Source: Neoechinorhynchus agilis
Taxonomy: Eukaryota; Animalia; Acanthocephala
Assembly (NCBI GenBank): GCA_051530055.1
Contig: CM121343.1
Location: 3,070,389-3,134,388 of the forward strand
Direction: 5' to 3'
Length of the DNA: 64,000 bases
The translations under genes were made by a program, and so were the position numbers. The notes below the pieces were generated by a model. That model saw only the letters and a list, made by a program, of their open reading frames with translations, ran no database searches and was not told the DNA's origin. This document shows, one piece after another, positions 37,380-49,130 of the stretch; position 1 is the first letter of the stretch, and each line of letters starts with the position of its first letter.

Positions 37380-39600
37380 AATACATTATTGACTTTTGTT
37401 TTTTATTAGAAAAACCAAGATGAACGTTTTCAATTGAGCGCTCGAGAAAATGCGACTTTTGTAAAGAATACAAACATTATTGACTTTTTGTGGATTCTTG
37501 TTTTTTATTAGAAAAACCAAGCCAAGATGAACGTTATCCACTGCGAAACCAAGAAAAAAAAGCAACCTTCCTAAAGAATAAACACATTATTGACTGTTTA
37601 TGGACTTTTGTTTTTTATTAGAAAAACCAAGTCAAGATGAACGTTTTCAATTGAGAGCTCGAGAAAATGCGACTTTTGTAAAGAATACAAACATTATTGA
37701 CTTTTTGTGGATTCTTGTTTTTTTTATTAGAAAAACCAAGTCAAGATGAATGTTTTCAATTGAGCGCTCGAGAAAATGCGACTTTTGTAAAGAATAAACA
37801 CATTATTGACTGTTTATGGACTTTTGTTTTTTTATTAGAAAAACCAAGTCAAGATGAATGTTTTCAATTGAGAGCTCGAGAAAATGCGACTTTTGTAAAG
37901 AATACAAATATTGAACACTATTTATCGACTCTTGTTTTTTACTAGAAGAACAATCTCAAGATGAACGTTTTCCACTGCGAAACCAAGAAAAAAAGCGACC
38001 TTCCTAAAGAATAAACACATTATTGACTTTTTATGGATTCTTGTTTTTTTACTAGAAAAACTAAGTCAAGATGAATGTTTTCAATTGAGAAACCAAGAAA
38101 AAAACGACCTTCTTAAAGATTAAAAACATCATTGACTTTTGTTTTTTCTTAGGAAAACTAAGTCAAGATGAACGTTTTCAATTGAGAGCTCGAGAAAATG
38201 CGACTTTTGTAAAGAATACAAATATTGAAGACTATTTATCGATTCTTGTTTTTTCATTAGAAAAACCAAGTCAAGATGAACGTTTTCAATTGAGAACTAG
38301 AGAAAATGCGACCTTTGTAAAGAATACAAACATTGTAGACTATTTATCGATTCTTGTTTTTTACTAGAAGAACAATGTCGAGATGAACGTTTTCAATTGA
38401 GCGCTCGAGAAAATGCGACTTTTGTAAAGAATGCAAACATTGTAGACTATTTATCGATTCTTGTTTTTTACTAGAAGAACAATCTCAAGATGAACGTTTT
38501 CAACTGCGAAACCAAGAACAAAAGCGACCTTCTTAAAGAATAAATACATTATTGACTTTTTGTGGATTCTTGTTTTTTTCATTAGAAAAACCAAGTCAAG
38601 ATGAATGTTTTCAATTGAGCGCTCGAGAAAATGCGACTTTTGTAAAGAATAAACACATTATTGACTGTTTATGGACTTTTGTTTTTTTATTAGAAAAACC
38701 AAGTCAAGATGAATGTTTTCAATTGAGCGCTCGAGAAAATGCGACTTTTGTAAAGAATACAAACATTATTGACTTTTTGTGGATTCTTGTTTTTTTTATT
38801 AGAAAAACCAAGTCAAGATGAATGTTTTCAATTGAGCGCTCGAGAAAATGCGACTTTTGTAAAGAATAAACACATTATTGACTGTTTATGGACTTTTGTT
38901 TTTTTACTAGAAAAACTAAGTCAAGATGAATGTTTTCAATTGAGCGCTCGAGAAAATGCGACTTTTGTAAAGAATAAATATTGACTGTTTATGGACTTTT
39001 GTTTTTTTACTAGAAAAACAAAGTCAAGATGAACGTTTTCAATTGAGAGCTCGAGAAAATGCGACTTTTGTAAAGAATACAAATATTGAACACTATTTAT
39101 CGACTCTTGTTTTTTACTAGAAAAACAATGTCAAGATGAACGTTTTCAATTGAGAAATCGAGAAAAAGCGACCTTTGTAAAGAATAAACACATTATTGAC
39201 TTTTTATGGATTCTTGTTTTTTATTAGAAAAACTAAGTCAAGATGAATGTTTTCCACTGAGAAACCAAGAAAAAGCGACTTCTTAAAGAATAAACACATT
39301 ATTGACTTTTTATGGATTTTTGTTTTTTCTTAGGAAAACTAAGTCAAGATGAATGTTTTCTACTGAGAAACCAAGAAAAAAGCTACCTTCTTAGAGATTA
39401 CAAACATTATTGACTTTTGTTTTTTCTTAGAAAAACTAAGTCAAGATGAATGTTTTCGTCCGAGAACCAACAAAAAAGCGACCTTCTTAAAGAATAAATA
39501 CATTATTGACTGTCTATGGATTTTTTTTCTTAGAAAAACTAAGTCAAGATGAATGTTTTCTACCGAGAAACCAAGAAAATGCGATCTCCCTAAAGAATAA
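37380..39600. repeat. Diverged tandem array of ~105-109-bp monomers
   Basis: The anchor gtcaagatga recurs at 37631, 37740 and 37848. Unit ...agaaaaaccaagtcaagatgaatgttttcaattgagcgctcgagaaaatgcgacttttgtaaagaatacaaacattattgac... Confidence 0.95.
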
Positions 39601-39605
39601 AAACA

Positions 39606-39754
39606 TTCGAATGGAGAAAGTAATTAAATTTAATTAAATTAAATATTTCGATCCTCTATCTCGGTGCAAGTTTTTTCAACAATACTGAAGAAGATCCGAG
39701 ATAGAGGATCGAAATATTTAATTTAATTAAATTTAATTACTTTCTCCACTCGAA
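39606..39754. mobile_element. MITE with 59-bp near-perfect TIRs inserted in the satellite
   Basis: ttcgaatggagaaagtaattaaatttaattaaattaaatatttcgatcctctatctcgg and its inverse differ by 1 mismatch, with a 31-bp spacer. Confidence 0.9.
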
Positions 39755-39759
39755 CAAAA

Positions 39760-42700
39760 CAATGATGAACTATCTTTTCAAAATAAAAACATTATTGACT
39801 TTTTTGTTTTTTCTTAGAAAAACAAAGTCAAGATGAATGTTTTCAACTGAGAAACCCAGAAAATGCGACCTTTAAGAATATAAACATTGAAGACTATTTA
39901 TCGCTTTTGTTTCTTAGAAAAACTAAGTCAAGATGAATGTTTTCGTCCTAGAACCAAGAAAATTAACGACCTCCTTAAAAAATAAAAACATTGAAGAATT
40001 TTGTGGATTCTTGTTTTTATAAAAAGCTAAGTCAGGATGAATCTTTTCTCTGAGAACAACGACAAAAGAGACCTTTGTAAAGGTTAGAAACATTGTTGAC
40101 ATTTTATGCTCTTGTTTTTTAGAACTATGTCGGGATAAATGTTTTCCACTGAGAACCGAAAAAAAGAGACCTTTTTAAAGAATACAAACATTGTAGACAT
40201 TTTATTTATTTGCGTTTGTTTTAGACTAAGACAGATTGAATGTTTTTCAACTGAGATCTCAAGAAAAAACGACCTTAAAGAATACAAACTTTGGAGACTT
40301 TTTATGGACTCTTTTTTTATTAGAACAAACAAGTCAGGATAAATGTTTTCCACTGAGAACCAAAGAAAAAGAGACCTTTTTAAAGTACACAAACATTGTA
40401 GACATTTTATTTATTTGCGTTTGTTTTATACTAATACAGATTGAATGTTTTTAATTGAGATCTCAAGAAAAAGAGACCTTCATAAAGAATACAAACAACG
40501 AAGACTTTTTATGGATTCTTGTTTTTTTATTAGAAAAACTAAGTCAGGTTAAATGTTTTCCTCTGAGAACCAAAGAAAAAGAGACTTTTGTAAAGAATAC
40601 AAACATTGTAGACATTTTATTTATTTGCGTTTGTTTTATACTAAGACAGATTGAATGTTTTTAACTGAGATCTCAAGAAAAAGAGACCTTCATAAAGAAT
40701 ACAAACAACGAAGACTTTTTATGGATTCTTGTTTTTTTTGTTAGAACAAAAGTCAGGATAAATGTTTTCCGCTGAGAACCAAAGAAAAAGAGACCTTTGT
40801 AAAGAATACAAACATTGTAGACATTTTATTTATTTGCGTTTGTTTTATACTAAGACAGATTGAATGTTTTTAACTGAGATCTCAAGAAAAAAGAGACCTT
40901 CATAAAGAATACAAACAACGAAGACTTTTTATGGATTCTTGTTTTTTTATTAGAAAAACTAAGTCAGGATAAATGTTTTCCTCTGAGAACCAAAGAAAAA
41001 GAGACTTTTGTAAAGAATACAAACATTGTAGACATTTTATTTATTTGCGTTTGTTTTATACTAAGACAGATTGAATGTTTTTAACTGAGATCTCAAGAAA
41101 AAAGATACCATAAAGAATACAAACAACGAAGACTTTTTATGGATTCTTGTTTTTTTATTAGAAAAACTAAGTCAGGATAAATGTTTTCCTCTGAGAACCA
41201 AAGAAAAAGAGACCTTTGTAAAGAATACAAACATTGTAGACATTTTATTTATTTGCGTTTGTTTTATACTAAGACAGATTGAATGTTTTTAACTGAGATC
41301 TCAAGAAAAAAGATACCATAAAGAATACAAACAACGAAGACTTTTTATGGATTCTTGTTTTTTTTTTGAAAAACTAAGTCAGGATAAATGTTTTCCTGAG
41401 AACCAAAGAAAAGAGACCTTTGTAAAGAATACAAACATTGTAGACATTTTATTTATTTGCGTTTGTTTTATACTAAGACAGATTGAATGTTTTTAACTGA
41501 GATCTCAAGAAAAAGGACCTTAAAGAATACAAACAACGAAGACTTTTTATGGATTCTTGTTTTTTTATTAGAAAAACTAAGTCAGGATAAATGTTTTCCT
41601 CTGAGAACCAAAGAAAAAGAGACCTTTGTAAAGAATACAAACATTGTAGACATTTTATTTATTTGCGTTTGTTTTATACTAAGACAGATTGAATGTTTTT
41701 AACTGAGATCTCAAGAAAAAAGAGACCTTATAAAGAATACAAACAACGAAGACTTTTTATGGATTCTTGTTTTTTTATTGGAAAAACTAAGTCAGATAAA
41801 TGTTTTCCTCTGAGAACCAAAGAAAAAGAGACCTTTGTAAAGAATACAAACATTGTAGACATTTTATTTATTTGCGTTTGTTTTATACTAAGACAGATTG
41901 AATGTTTTTAACTGAGATCTCAAGAAAAAAGAGACCATAAAGAATACAAACAACGAAGACTTTTTATGGATTCTTGTTTTTTTATTGGAAAAACTAAGTC
42001 AGGATAAATGTTTTCCTCTGAGAACCAAAGAAAAAGAGACCTTTGTAAAGAATACAAACATTGTAGACATTTTATTTATTTGCGTTTGTTTTATACTAAG
42101 ACAGATTGAATGTTTTTAACTGAGATCTCAAGAAAAAGAGACCATAAAGAATACAAACAACGAAGACTTTTATGGATTCTTGTTTTTATTAGAAAAACTA
42201 AGTCAGGATAAATGTTTTCCTCTGAGAACCAAAGAAAAAGAGACCTTTGTAAAGAATACAAACATTGTAGACATTTTATTTATTTGCGTTTGTTTTATAC
42301 TAAGACAGATTGAATGTTTAACTGAGATCTCAAGAAAAAAGAGACCTTCATAAAGAATACAAACAACGAAGACTTTTTATGGATTCTTGTTTTTTTATTG
42401 GAAAAACTAAGTCAGGATAAATGTTTTCCTCTGAGAACCAAAGAAAAAGAGACCTTTGTAAAGAATACAAACATTGTAGACATTTTATTTATTTGCGTTT
42501 GTTTTATACTAAGACAGATTGAATGTTTTTCAACTGAGATCTCAAGAAAAAGCGACCTTAAAGAATACAAACTTTGGAGACTTTTTATGGATTTTTGTTG
42601 TTTTATTAGAACAAACAAGTCAGGATAAATGTTTTCGTCTGAGAACCAAAGGGAAAGAGACCTTTGTAAAGAATATAAACATTGTAGACATTTTGTAGAT

Positions 42701-42800
42701 TCTTGTTTTTAGAAGAGCTGAGTAGGATAAATGTTTTCCACTGAAAACTGTAGAAAAAGTGACCTTTAAAAAGAATACAAACATTATTGACATTTATAAA
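39760..42800. repeat. Same satellite family, mostly a homogeneous ~210-bp dimer higher-order repeat (~12 copies)
   Basis: aacattgtag recurs at 40602, 40811 and 41022 (209-211 bp). Monomers gtcaggataaatgttttcctctgagaacc and gacagattgaatgtttttaactgagatctc alternate. Confidence 0.95.
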
Positions 42801-42896
42801 TCGTTTTGTATAATATCTTTCCATCAAATTATTTGGACTAATTATCTTTTATTTGGAATTATTCAATTTGTGATGTGCCCTAATTAATTTTGTTTG

Positions 42897-42904
42897 TGAC
42901 GTCA
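42897..42904. promoter_or_regulatory. CRE-like palindrome TGACGTCA upstream of hnRNP K
   Basis: Exact TGACGTCA about 160 nt upstream of the ATG at 43059. Confidence 0.3.
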
Positions 42905-43058
42905 CGATGCCTGCGGAAAATTCAAACTGGCGCAATAATCGGATAGAAAACACTATTGGAGGTGTGCGCAAACTCGATGATGTCGGTGCCGCCGTTGGAT
43001 TGGTTCGTTAAAAAAGATTAACGTTTATTGGCATTTTATAAGTTTGGTTCTTTGCTGA

Positions 43059-44557
43059 ATGGATATTGCGTCGTCGGGAGGTAAGTGAGTTTGGGATTAT
43101 AAGTTCTAATCATTTTTAGTGCCGTGTGCAATTGGTGTTGGGACGGCAATTGTTCCGACTGCGAGTAACTCGCAGCAATTTCTTAATCTTGAGATTCGTG
43201 GGTTAATAGCTAGTAAGGTACGATTATTTAATTTATTTAAAAGTGGTTAAACTCTGTGGAAAAAGGATGCTGGTGCTATTTTTGGCCGAGGAGGTGTCAA
43301 TATCAAGAAACTTCGAAGTGATGTAAGGCGCCTTTTCTCCTTGATTGATCCTTAGTCCGTTTTAGTTCAAAACCGTTGTTCAAATTCCGGACTGTGATAG
43401 CCCTGAAAGGCAATCAACGACCATGAGACTAAAGCTTATCTCAATCGTCTTCGTTTAGGTTGTTAATTGTTAACGGCGAGCCTGAAAGCTGCTACCAAAC
43501 AATCAGTGCGGTATTTCCTTTAATCGGTGAAGTTAGTTTTTGAACGTTTTTTTTGAATGCGATTGCATTGTTTCTTTAGGTATCAAGCGGAATTAGCGAG
43601 TTTCGTTTGTTAGTTCACCAAAGTCAAGCGGGAGCGATCATTGGTCGCAAGGGTGATCGAGTTAAGGATTTACGTACGAAACACAACTTGGATATAAAGA
43701 TATTTTCAGAATGCTGTCCGTCATCAACGGAACGTATCGTCCGCTTGAAGGGTCAAGCCGATAGCGTTATCTCATGTATTCGTGAAATACATGGAATATT
43801 TGAAGCTCAGCAAGCCGCGCCCCGTGGTCAAATCGCACATTATGACCCAATGAACCATAACGAATTCATGTGCCCGGAATATGGTGGATTTTCTGTGACC
43901 GGTTTGCCCGGGGAGAATATGCCTAGAAATAATCTTACATCAAGTACAGTTTATTACAACACTCCGGATAATCAACAGCAAGAGATCATGATGATGGATG
44001 CTAGGAGACGTGCTGCCGCTGTTGCTGCCGCTGTGAATGCCGCCGTAGCCAACTCGGGACGCACAGGTACATATTCGAGCACTTACGGTGAAACCAAACG
44101 AGATTTCGGAGATGATTGCTCGCAACTATGCGATAATACTGATCTCGATCTCCTCAACATGGGTTCAACCAATACAAATTCACGTCTTTACGCTCTTGCC
44201 AGTTCCAACAATTGCACCAACTCGGCAATACAACAAAGTACAATGTCAACCGGAGGAGCACTCGGGTACAATTTACGGGGCCCCTTACCAAACTCGACAC
44301 AGGTCACCATTCCGAACTACCTCTTACCAGCCATTCTCGGACCGAATGGATCCATACTACGTGATATTAAATGCAAATCTGGTACTGATATTTGCATTAT
44401 AACTGCCGAAGAAATGAATGCAAGAATGGCACCGGGAGCACCGATCGTCGCGATCGCCGACAGTGTTATTAACATTATTGGAAATGACCCAGCAATTCAA
44501 AAGGCTCAATATCTTCTGCAGCAAGCAGTAAAAGGTTCGGGCCTCTGGAGATCGTGA
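43059..44557 (+). CDS. HNRNPK: Heterogeneous nuclear ribonucleoprotein K (three KH domains, 6 exons)
   Basis: Spliced KH1 LEIRGLIASKDAGAIFGRGGVNIKKLRSDF...PDCDSPERLL; KH2 FRLLVHQSQAGAIIGRKGDRVKDLR...CPSSTER; KH3 STQVTIP...IQKAQYLLQQAV. Introns are 39-49 nt, one of them GC-AG. Confidence 0.92.
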
Positions 44558-45944
44558 GGTCGATTTGATTTGTCCGATGCGAATAAACCGCTAATGTTAT
44601 TTTAAAAAATTTCGATAGGATCCGCACTCGTCAAACAATCTATCGATATTTTAGGCAATCAATGAGGCGATAGTTGTTTCAATAGCCATGGTCGACAATT
44701 GAATTTGATACCTCATGTTTTTTCATTCACTTTTCTATGTTCATATAACATTAAACTCACATTTAACAAGTCAAAGCTTCACAATCAGGTTGAAAATAGA
44801 TGGATTTCACCGCCTATTTTTGTGTGAGGATCCTAAGAAATCATCTCAATAAGTAGTTGAACAAATTCGGGATCGTCGTGATGCCACGCAACCGCACTCA
44901 AATGTAGCTCCTAATTCATTGCATTTCATGAGTCCATTAACTAACATGATGCCGATACCTCACATCTCGCGTCTATCACCTCGCAATCACTTCAAACTTC
45001 TATTTATTCTCATAATGTGAAATGGGGAGCAGCTCCCTATGTTGCGACCTACAATCCGTCCTCCAGAAGTGTATTTCTTTGGAAAAAATCGTCATCGTTT
45101 TTCCTACATGAAAGATTAGTATTTTTGTGTGATCCGAGGATTATGGGATTTTTATATAAAACTCCTCTCGTTTTCCATGTTGTCTAATCCTTTCGGATAT
45201 CATTAACTGCAGGAAAGACCCAACCTAGCTAACTTTCCTACGCTCACGAGGATCCGCCATCCACTCCAAAATCAACGGCCATAGTGTTCTCAGGAGCGTT
45301 CATCTCTCAAACGCATCTGCCATTTAGGAGTCCCTTCGCCCGTTCTTTTTAAAGTTTACTACAATTTTATTTGACCCTCCCTCACCTACGGCTATTTCGT
45401 CTTTTTCAACCTATCCAAATCACCAATCCGTCGTCTTGAACAGTTTCAAAGAAAAGCCTCCAATCAAAACGCCTCTCAACCCTTGAACCACAATTTTTGT
45501 CACATTTTATTCTCCTTTTCACATGAGTACAACATTCGTGATCCAAATTCCTTACATCTTCCCTTTATCTCCGCTCCTTGAACCTGAGGAAAGACCCAAC
45601 CTCACAAACCCTTCTAAAAACAATAATCGAGAACTCCCACTCGAGCGGACATCTCCCGACCGGATACTCCCACCCAAACACATTTCCCTCTCGACCGCAC
45701 CCTCAATCCACTCCAAAATCAACAACCGGGTTCATTGAACAAATAGGACACAAAGATACATGAGTGCTTTTCTTTGTCAATTAACAAATAAAACGTGTTA
45801 ATAATCGGACAAAGGTGGTCTGTGAGAATTTTCGTTTAAAGGACGCCTTTGTCCGCACAACGTCATCACTGACATTGATTTTATCATAACACGGAAGAAA
45901 CGAAACTGACTTCGTGATGAAGGATAATTAAGTGGGAGAGGGAG

Positions 45945-46662
45945 ATGTCAGCGGTGAACCAGGTCGCGTCACAAGAAACAGTGGAGGATTGTGTCGAATC
46001 GGAATTGAGTAAAAAGTTCATCGATTATCCACATCAATGCAAAGCTCTCAAGTTAGTAGCTAGATATAACCACGTACTTGAACACGCCATGGGAGTGCTC
46101 GATCAGCGGACTGGTGAGTTTACGGATCAATTGGGAAAGTTAGATTTGTCGTGTTCGTGTCGTGTAGTTCTTTAAACGCGAAAACACAAAAGTGCAGGGT
46201 CAAAATGATGTTTTACGTGACGATGTTGTTAAGGCCGAATCGGCATTTGCTCAACTTCATGAGCGGTATCAAAAACTGCGGGTTACCGTCGATGAAATGG
46301 AAAAGAACGAAGAGATATTGAAAAGAACCATGGAAGAGTCCGAAGCGGATTTGATATCATGTCAGGAAAGGTGCTCAAGAACTATTACGAACGCAGAAGT
46401 GCGTGTCAATGAAGCTGAATCGAGATGCGCTAGGATTCAGCACGAGAATGAAGTTCAAAAAAGATCTTATGAAGCAGCCTTGAGACGAGCTGATCTGGAT
46501 ATTGACGAACTAAAGAACGCATTGGAACGCAAAACAGCCCAATTCAACGAACTTAGTAATCTGTGTGATGATATTTTGGCCGTTAGAAACGGAACCGGAA
46601 ATGCCACCACGGTTAGAGGATCCAGATCAACTGAAAGAACGAGACGATATGAGGCCCTATAA
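45945..46662 (+). CDS. TACC: Minimal TACC-domain coiled-coil protein (2 exons, ~225 aa)
   Basis: ESAFAQLHERYQKLR...KNEEILKR...ALERKTAQFNELSNLCDDIL matches the TACC domain end (KNEEVLK...LEQKNKEIEELTKICDELI). Intron of ~34 nt ending gtgcag. Confidence 0.85.
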
Positions 46663-47976
46663 AGCTATGAACGTTAAACAGTTTATGGTGCTTTAAGGCA
46701 AATAATGCTTCAGATATTCCATAAATACATCCTACATTAAATTCCCATATAGATGGAATCAATTTTATCCCGTTTTTGTCTTTAGGCAAATTTATTGCTT
46801 TTAACTTAGCCAAAATTGTCTTTGGCGTGTTTTGAAATTTCAGTCGCTCTTAAACCATTTAGTTGTGCTCTAAATGAACGTCGTGCAATTAGAGAAGTCT
46901 TCCACTATACTCGATAAACTCTTTTTTTATAGCAAATCGGTGAGGATGCGGCTGAATTCCACGATCTACACCACCGCCCTGGATCAGCGTTTTCTCTCCG
47001 TTGGAGGACCAGGCTTTTGTTTTAAAGGAGAAATACTTCTGCTCTTAGATCGTCTCAGCCCATTCGAGATTTATTTGACCAGGTCCTGCGAGGCGTAACC
47101 ATATAAACCGAATGTATCGGTGCCAAAAAGACCCAGATCCGTGTATTTTGTCTTTTTTCGATCCTCAGCGGCGAGTGCTGCTCCTTCTAAGGTTTAACAG
47201 CGGCGCCGCGGGAATATTGTGATACCGTCCGGTCTACGGTCATCGAGTCAACAAAGATTGCTCCGCTCTGGGATGATGTTAACACTTTACGCGCTCGAAG
47301 CTGAAAAAATTAATGAAAATCCTGAGTCCATTAAACTAATCAATATAAACACACGTCTTATTAATGTAAGAAATGCAGGATCCACACACTTGTCAGCATC
47401 TATCTTTGCTAAACGGTGTATGGATGACGGATGTTGAAGGCAAGGGAGGTGGGACTGGTTTTTGAAAGGGTGTTGATGTGGAATCGGAGGCTTTGTAAAG
47501 GAGATGACAGATTAGGAGTCTTTCCTTGTTCTCCGGTTGCTAAAGAAAGATTGGGCTTGGGGGAAGAAAGATTTTTGGTAGAGGGTGGTACGAGCGAGGC
47601 GGGATAAAAAAGGTTGGGGAATATATTGATAGCGTAAACCTGCTAGCCACAATGGAACTTGTAGCAAGAAATGATGTTGTTTAGAAAAAAAGTTAGTCAT
47701 TATCCGTTGACGTATAAAAGTAATCGCGTAGGTCCGTTTTTAAGAGAACTCAAGCACTGCCTTTCACGTTTGAACAATAGGCGTGTTCTATTTGAATTAT
47801 TGTCGGCAAGTTGATTGTATTTATCGTTTTGAAAAAATTCTGATAAATTCAATATATCGCATCTTGATAACAAGCAGTGGAACGTCAGGTTCTTTAGTCC
47901 AATCTTAGAGGTCGAATCATTCGTATTAAAAACTAAATACAATGGAATTGCGACATCTTAACGCGCGGATTACATA

Positions 47977-48251
47977 AATTTCCACATCGTACGCGTGGTT
48001 CAGCCAGTTGCTTTTTATAGAGTGGCGTAAAATTAGGTTTTAACCATAAGCGGCTAAATTATGAGCACGCAGCCACCGGTTTTGGTCAGGGAAGCGCTGG
48101 ACCGCTAATTCAGACTTTGAGTGCAGACCAGCGCTTCCCTAACCAAAATCGGTGGCTGCGTGCTCATAATTTAGCTGCTTATGGTTAAAACCTAATTTTA
48201 CGCTACTCGATAAAACGCAACCGGCTGAACCACGCATACGATTTGGAAATT
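47977..48251. mobile_element. 275-bp foldback element with ~125-bp arms
   Basis: aatttccacatcgtacgcgtggttcagcc...gggaagcgctgg is inverted as ccagcgcttccc...ggctgaaccacgcatacgatttggaaatt, with a ~22-nt loop. Confidence 0.9.
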
Positions 48252-48470
48252 ACAAAGACATAAATTCACCAGCACCTTTCTGATAGCTCTATTTGAACTT
48301 CCCTACACGTGGGCACACAATGAAGACTGGGTCATAATGATTCAGCGATGGATCCAAGCTTAAGTCTCTCTGGACTGAATCCAAATATTTGACTACGCCT
48401 TAAGCTCAAATAAACATGCTCCTTTCTCGAATAAATATGTTGTTGAAATTCGAAAAGCTTTTATACTAGG

Positions 48471-48818
48471 CTACGTTGCGAAGTTTGTGCATTCCGCAGT
48501 TGTGTCGAGGTGGTCAAATGGATTAATGCTCCTGGTCCAAGTTTGTTGGGTCAACGGATTCGAATCCACGATCCCGGGACGGAATGCCTCGATGAAGGGA
48601 GGAAACGGAAAATCCGGAAGGATAGCTGTACAGTCGTCGGCATTGAGCGCAGACCCGCGCTTCCCTGACCAGACGCGTTTAAAAAATGTTTTCGAATTTA
48701 AAACATTTCTTAGGTAATAAACGGTTTTATGGGGAATCCACCATTTATTATCAATATTTTGGCGCTGAGCGGTGAGAATGAAGGCTACCCCGAAATCGCT
48801 CTTCGCCACCGGCCACAT
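48471..48818 (-). CDS. Possible exon of an unidentified gene (may continue to ~46900)
   Basis: GC-richer 115-codon ORF with nearby splice-like signals and smaller co-directional ORFs at 47512-47942. No coherent model was obtained. Confidence 0.3.
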   Translation of the reverse strand: MWPVAKSDFGVAFILTAQRQNIDNKWWIPHKTVYYLRNVLNSKTFFKRVWSGKRGSALNADDCTAILPDFPFPPFIEAFRPGIVDSNPLTQQTWTRSINPFDHLDTTAECTNFAT

Positions 48819-48960
48819 CCAATTTCATCAAGTGGACAGTATCTCAAAATTAATTATGATTGCACTCACATAAATTTTTGCATTTCTTGAACTCTTTCCC
48901 TCTGTAACCCAAGCGAATTCATTAATTCAAATTAGATGTTTGAAGATTGAACGGTTTATG

Positions 48961-49130
48961 ATTTTTATGATGGAAAAATTGAAGGAATTTATTAAGGCCG
49001 ATATTTCAGAGGCACAATCTTGTACCTTTCACTTGTAATTTCCACAGCAAGAAACCTTGATAAACGCACGAGATTATGGCTCCGAAATATCGACCTTAAT
49101 AAATTCCTTCAGTTTTTCCGTCATAAAAAT
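48961..49130. mobile_element. MITE family A, full copy (63-bp TIRs)
   Basis: atttttatgatggaaaaattgaaggaatttattaaggccgatatttcagaggcacaatcttgt is inverted at 49068-49130 with ~7 mismatches. Confidence 0.88.

Noticed and set aside
37697-42628. ORF-track peptides with 35-aa repeats (EKPSQDECFQLSARENATFVKN...)
   Set aside because: Artefacts of a ~105-bp period. Homopolymer length variation shifts frame or introduces stops every 1-2 units.
48740-48830. Rab-like LDVAGGEERFRG and ephrin-like FRPG motifs
   Set aside because: They are short, lie in mutually exclusive frames and lack the other family motifs.
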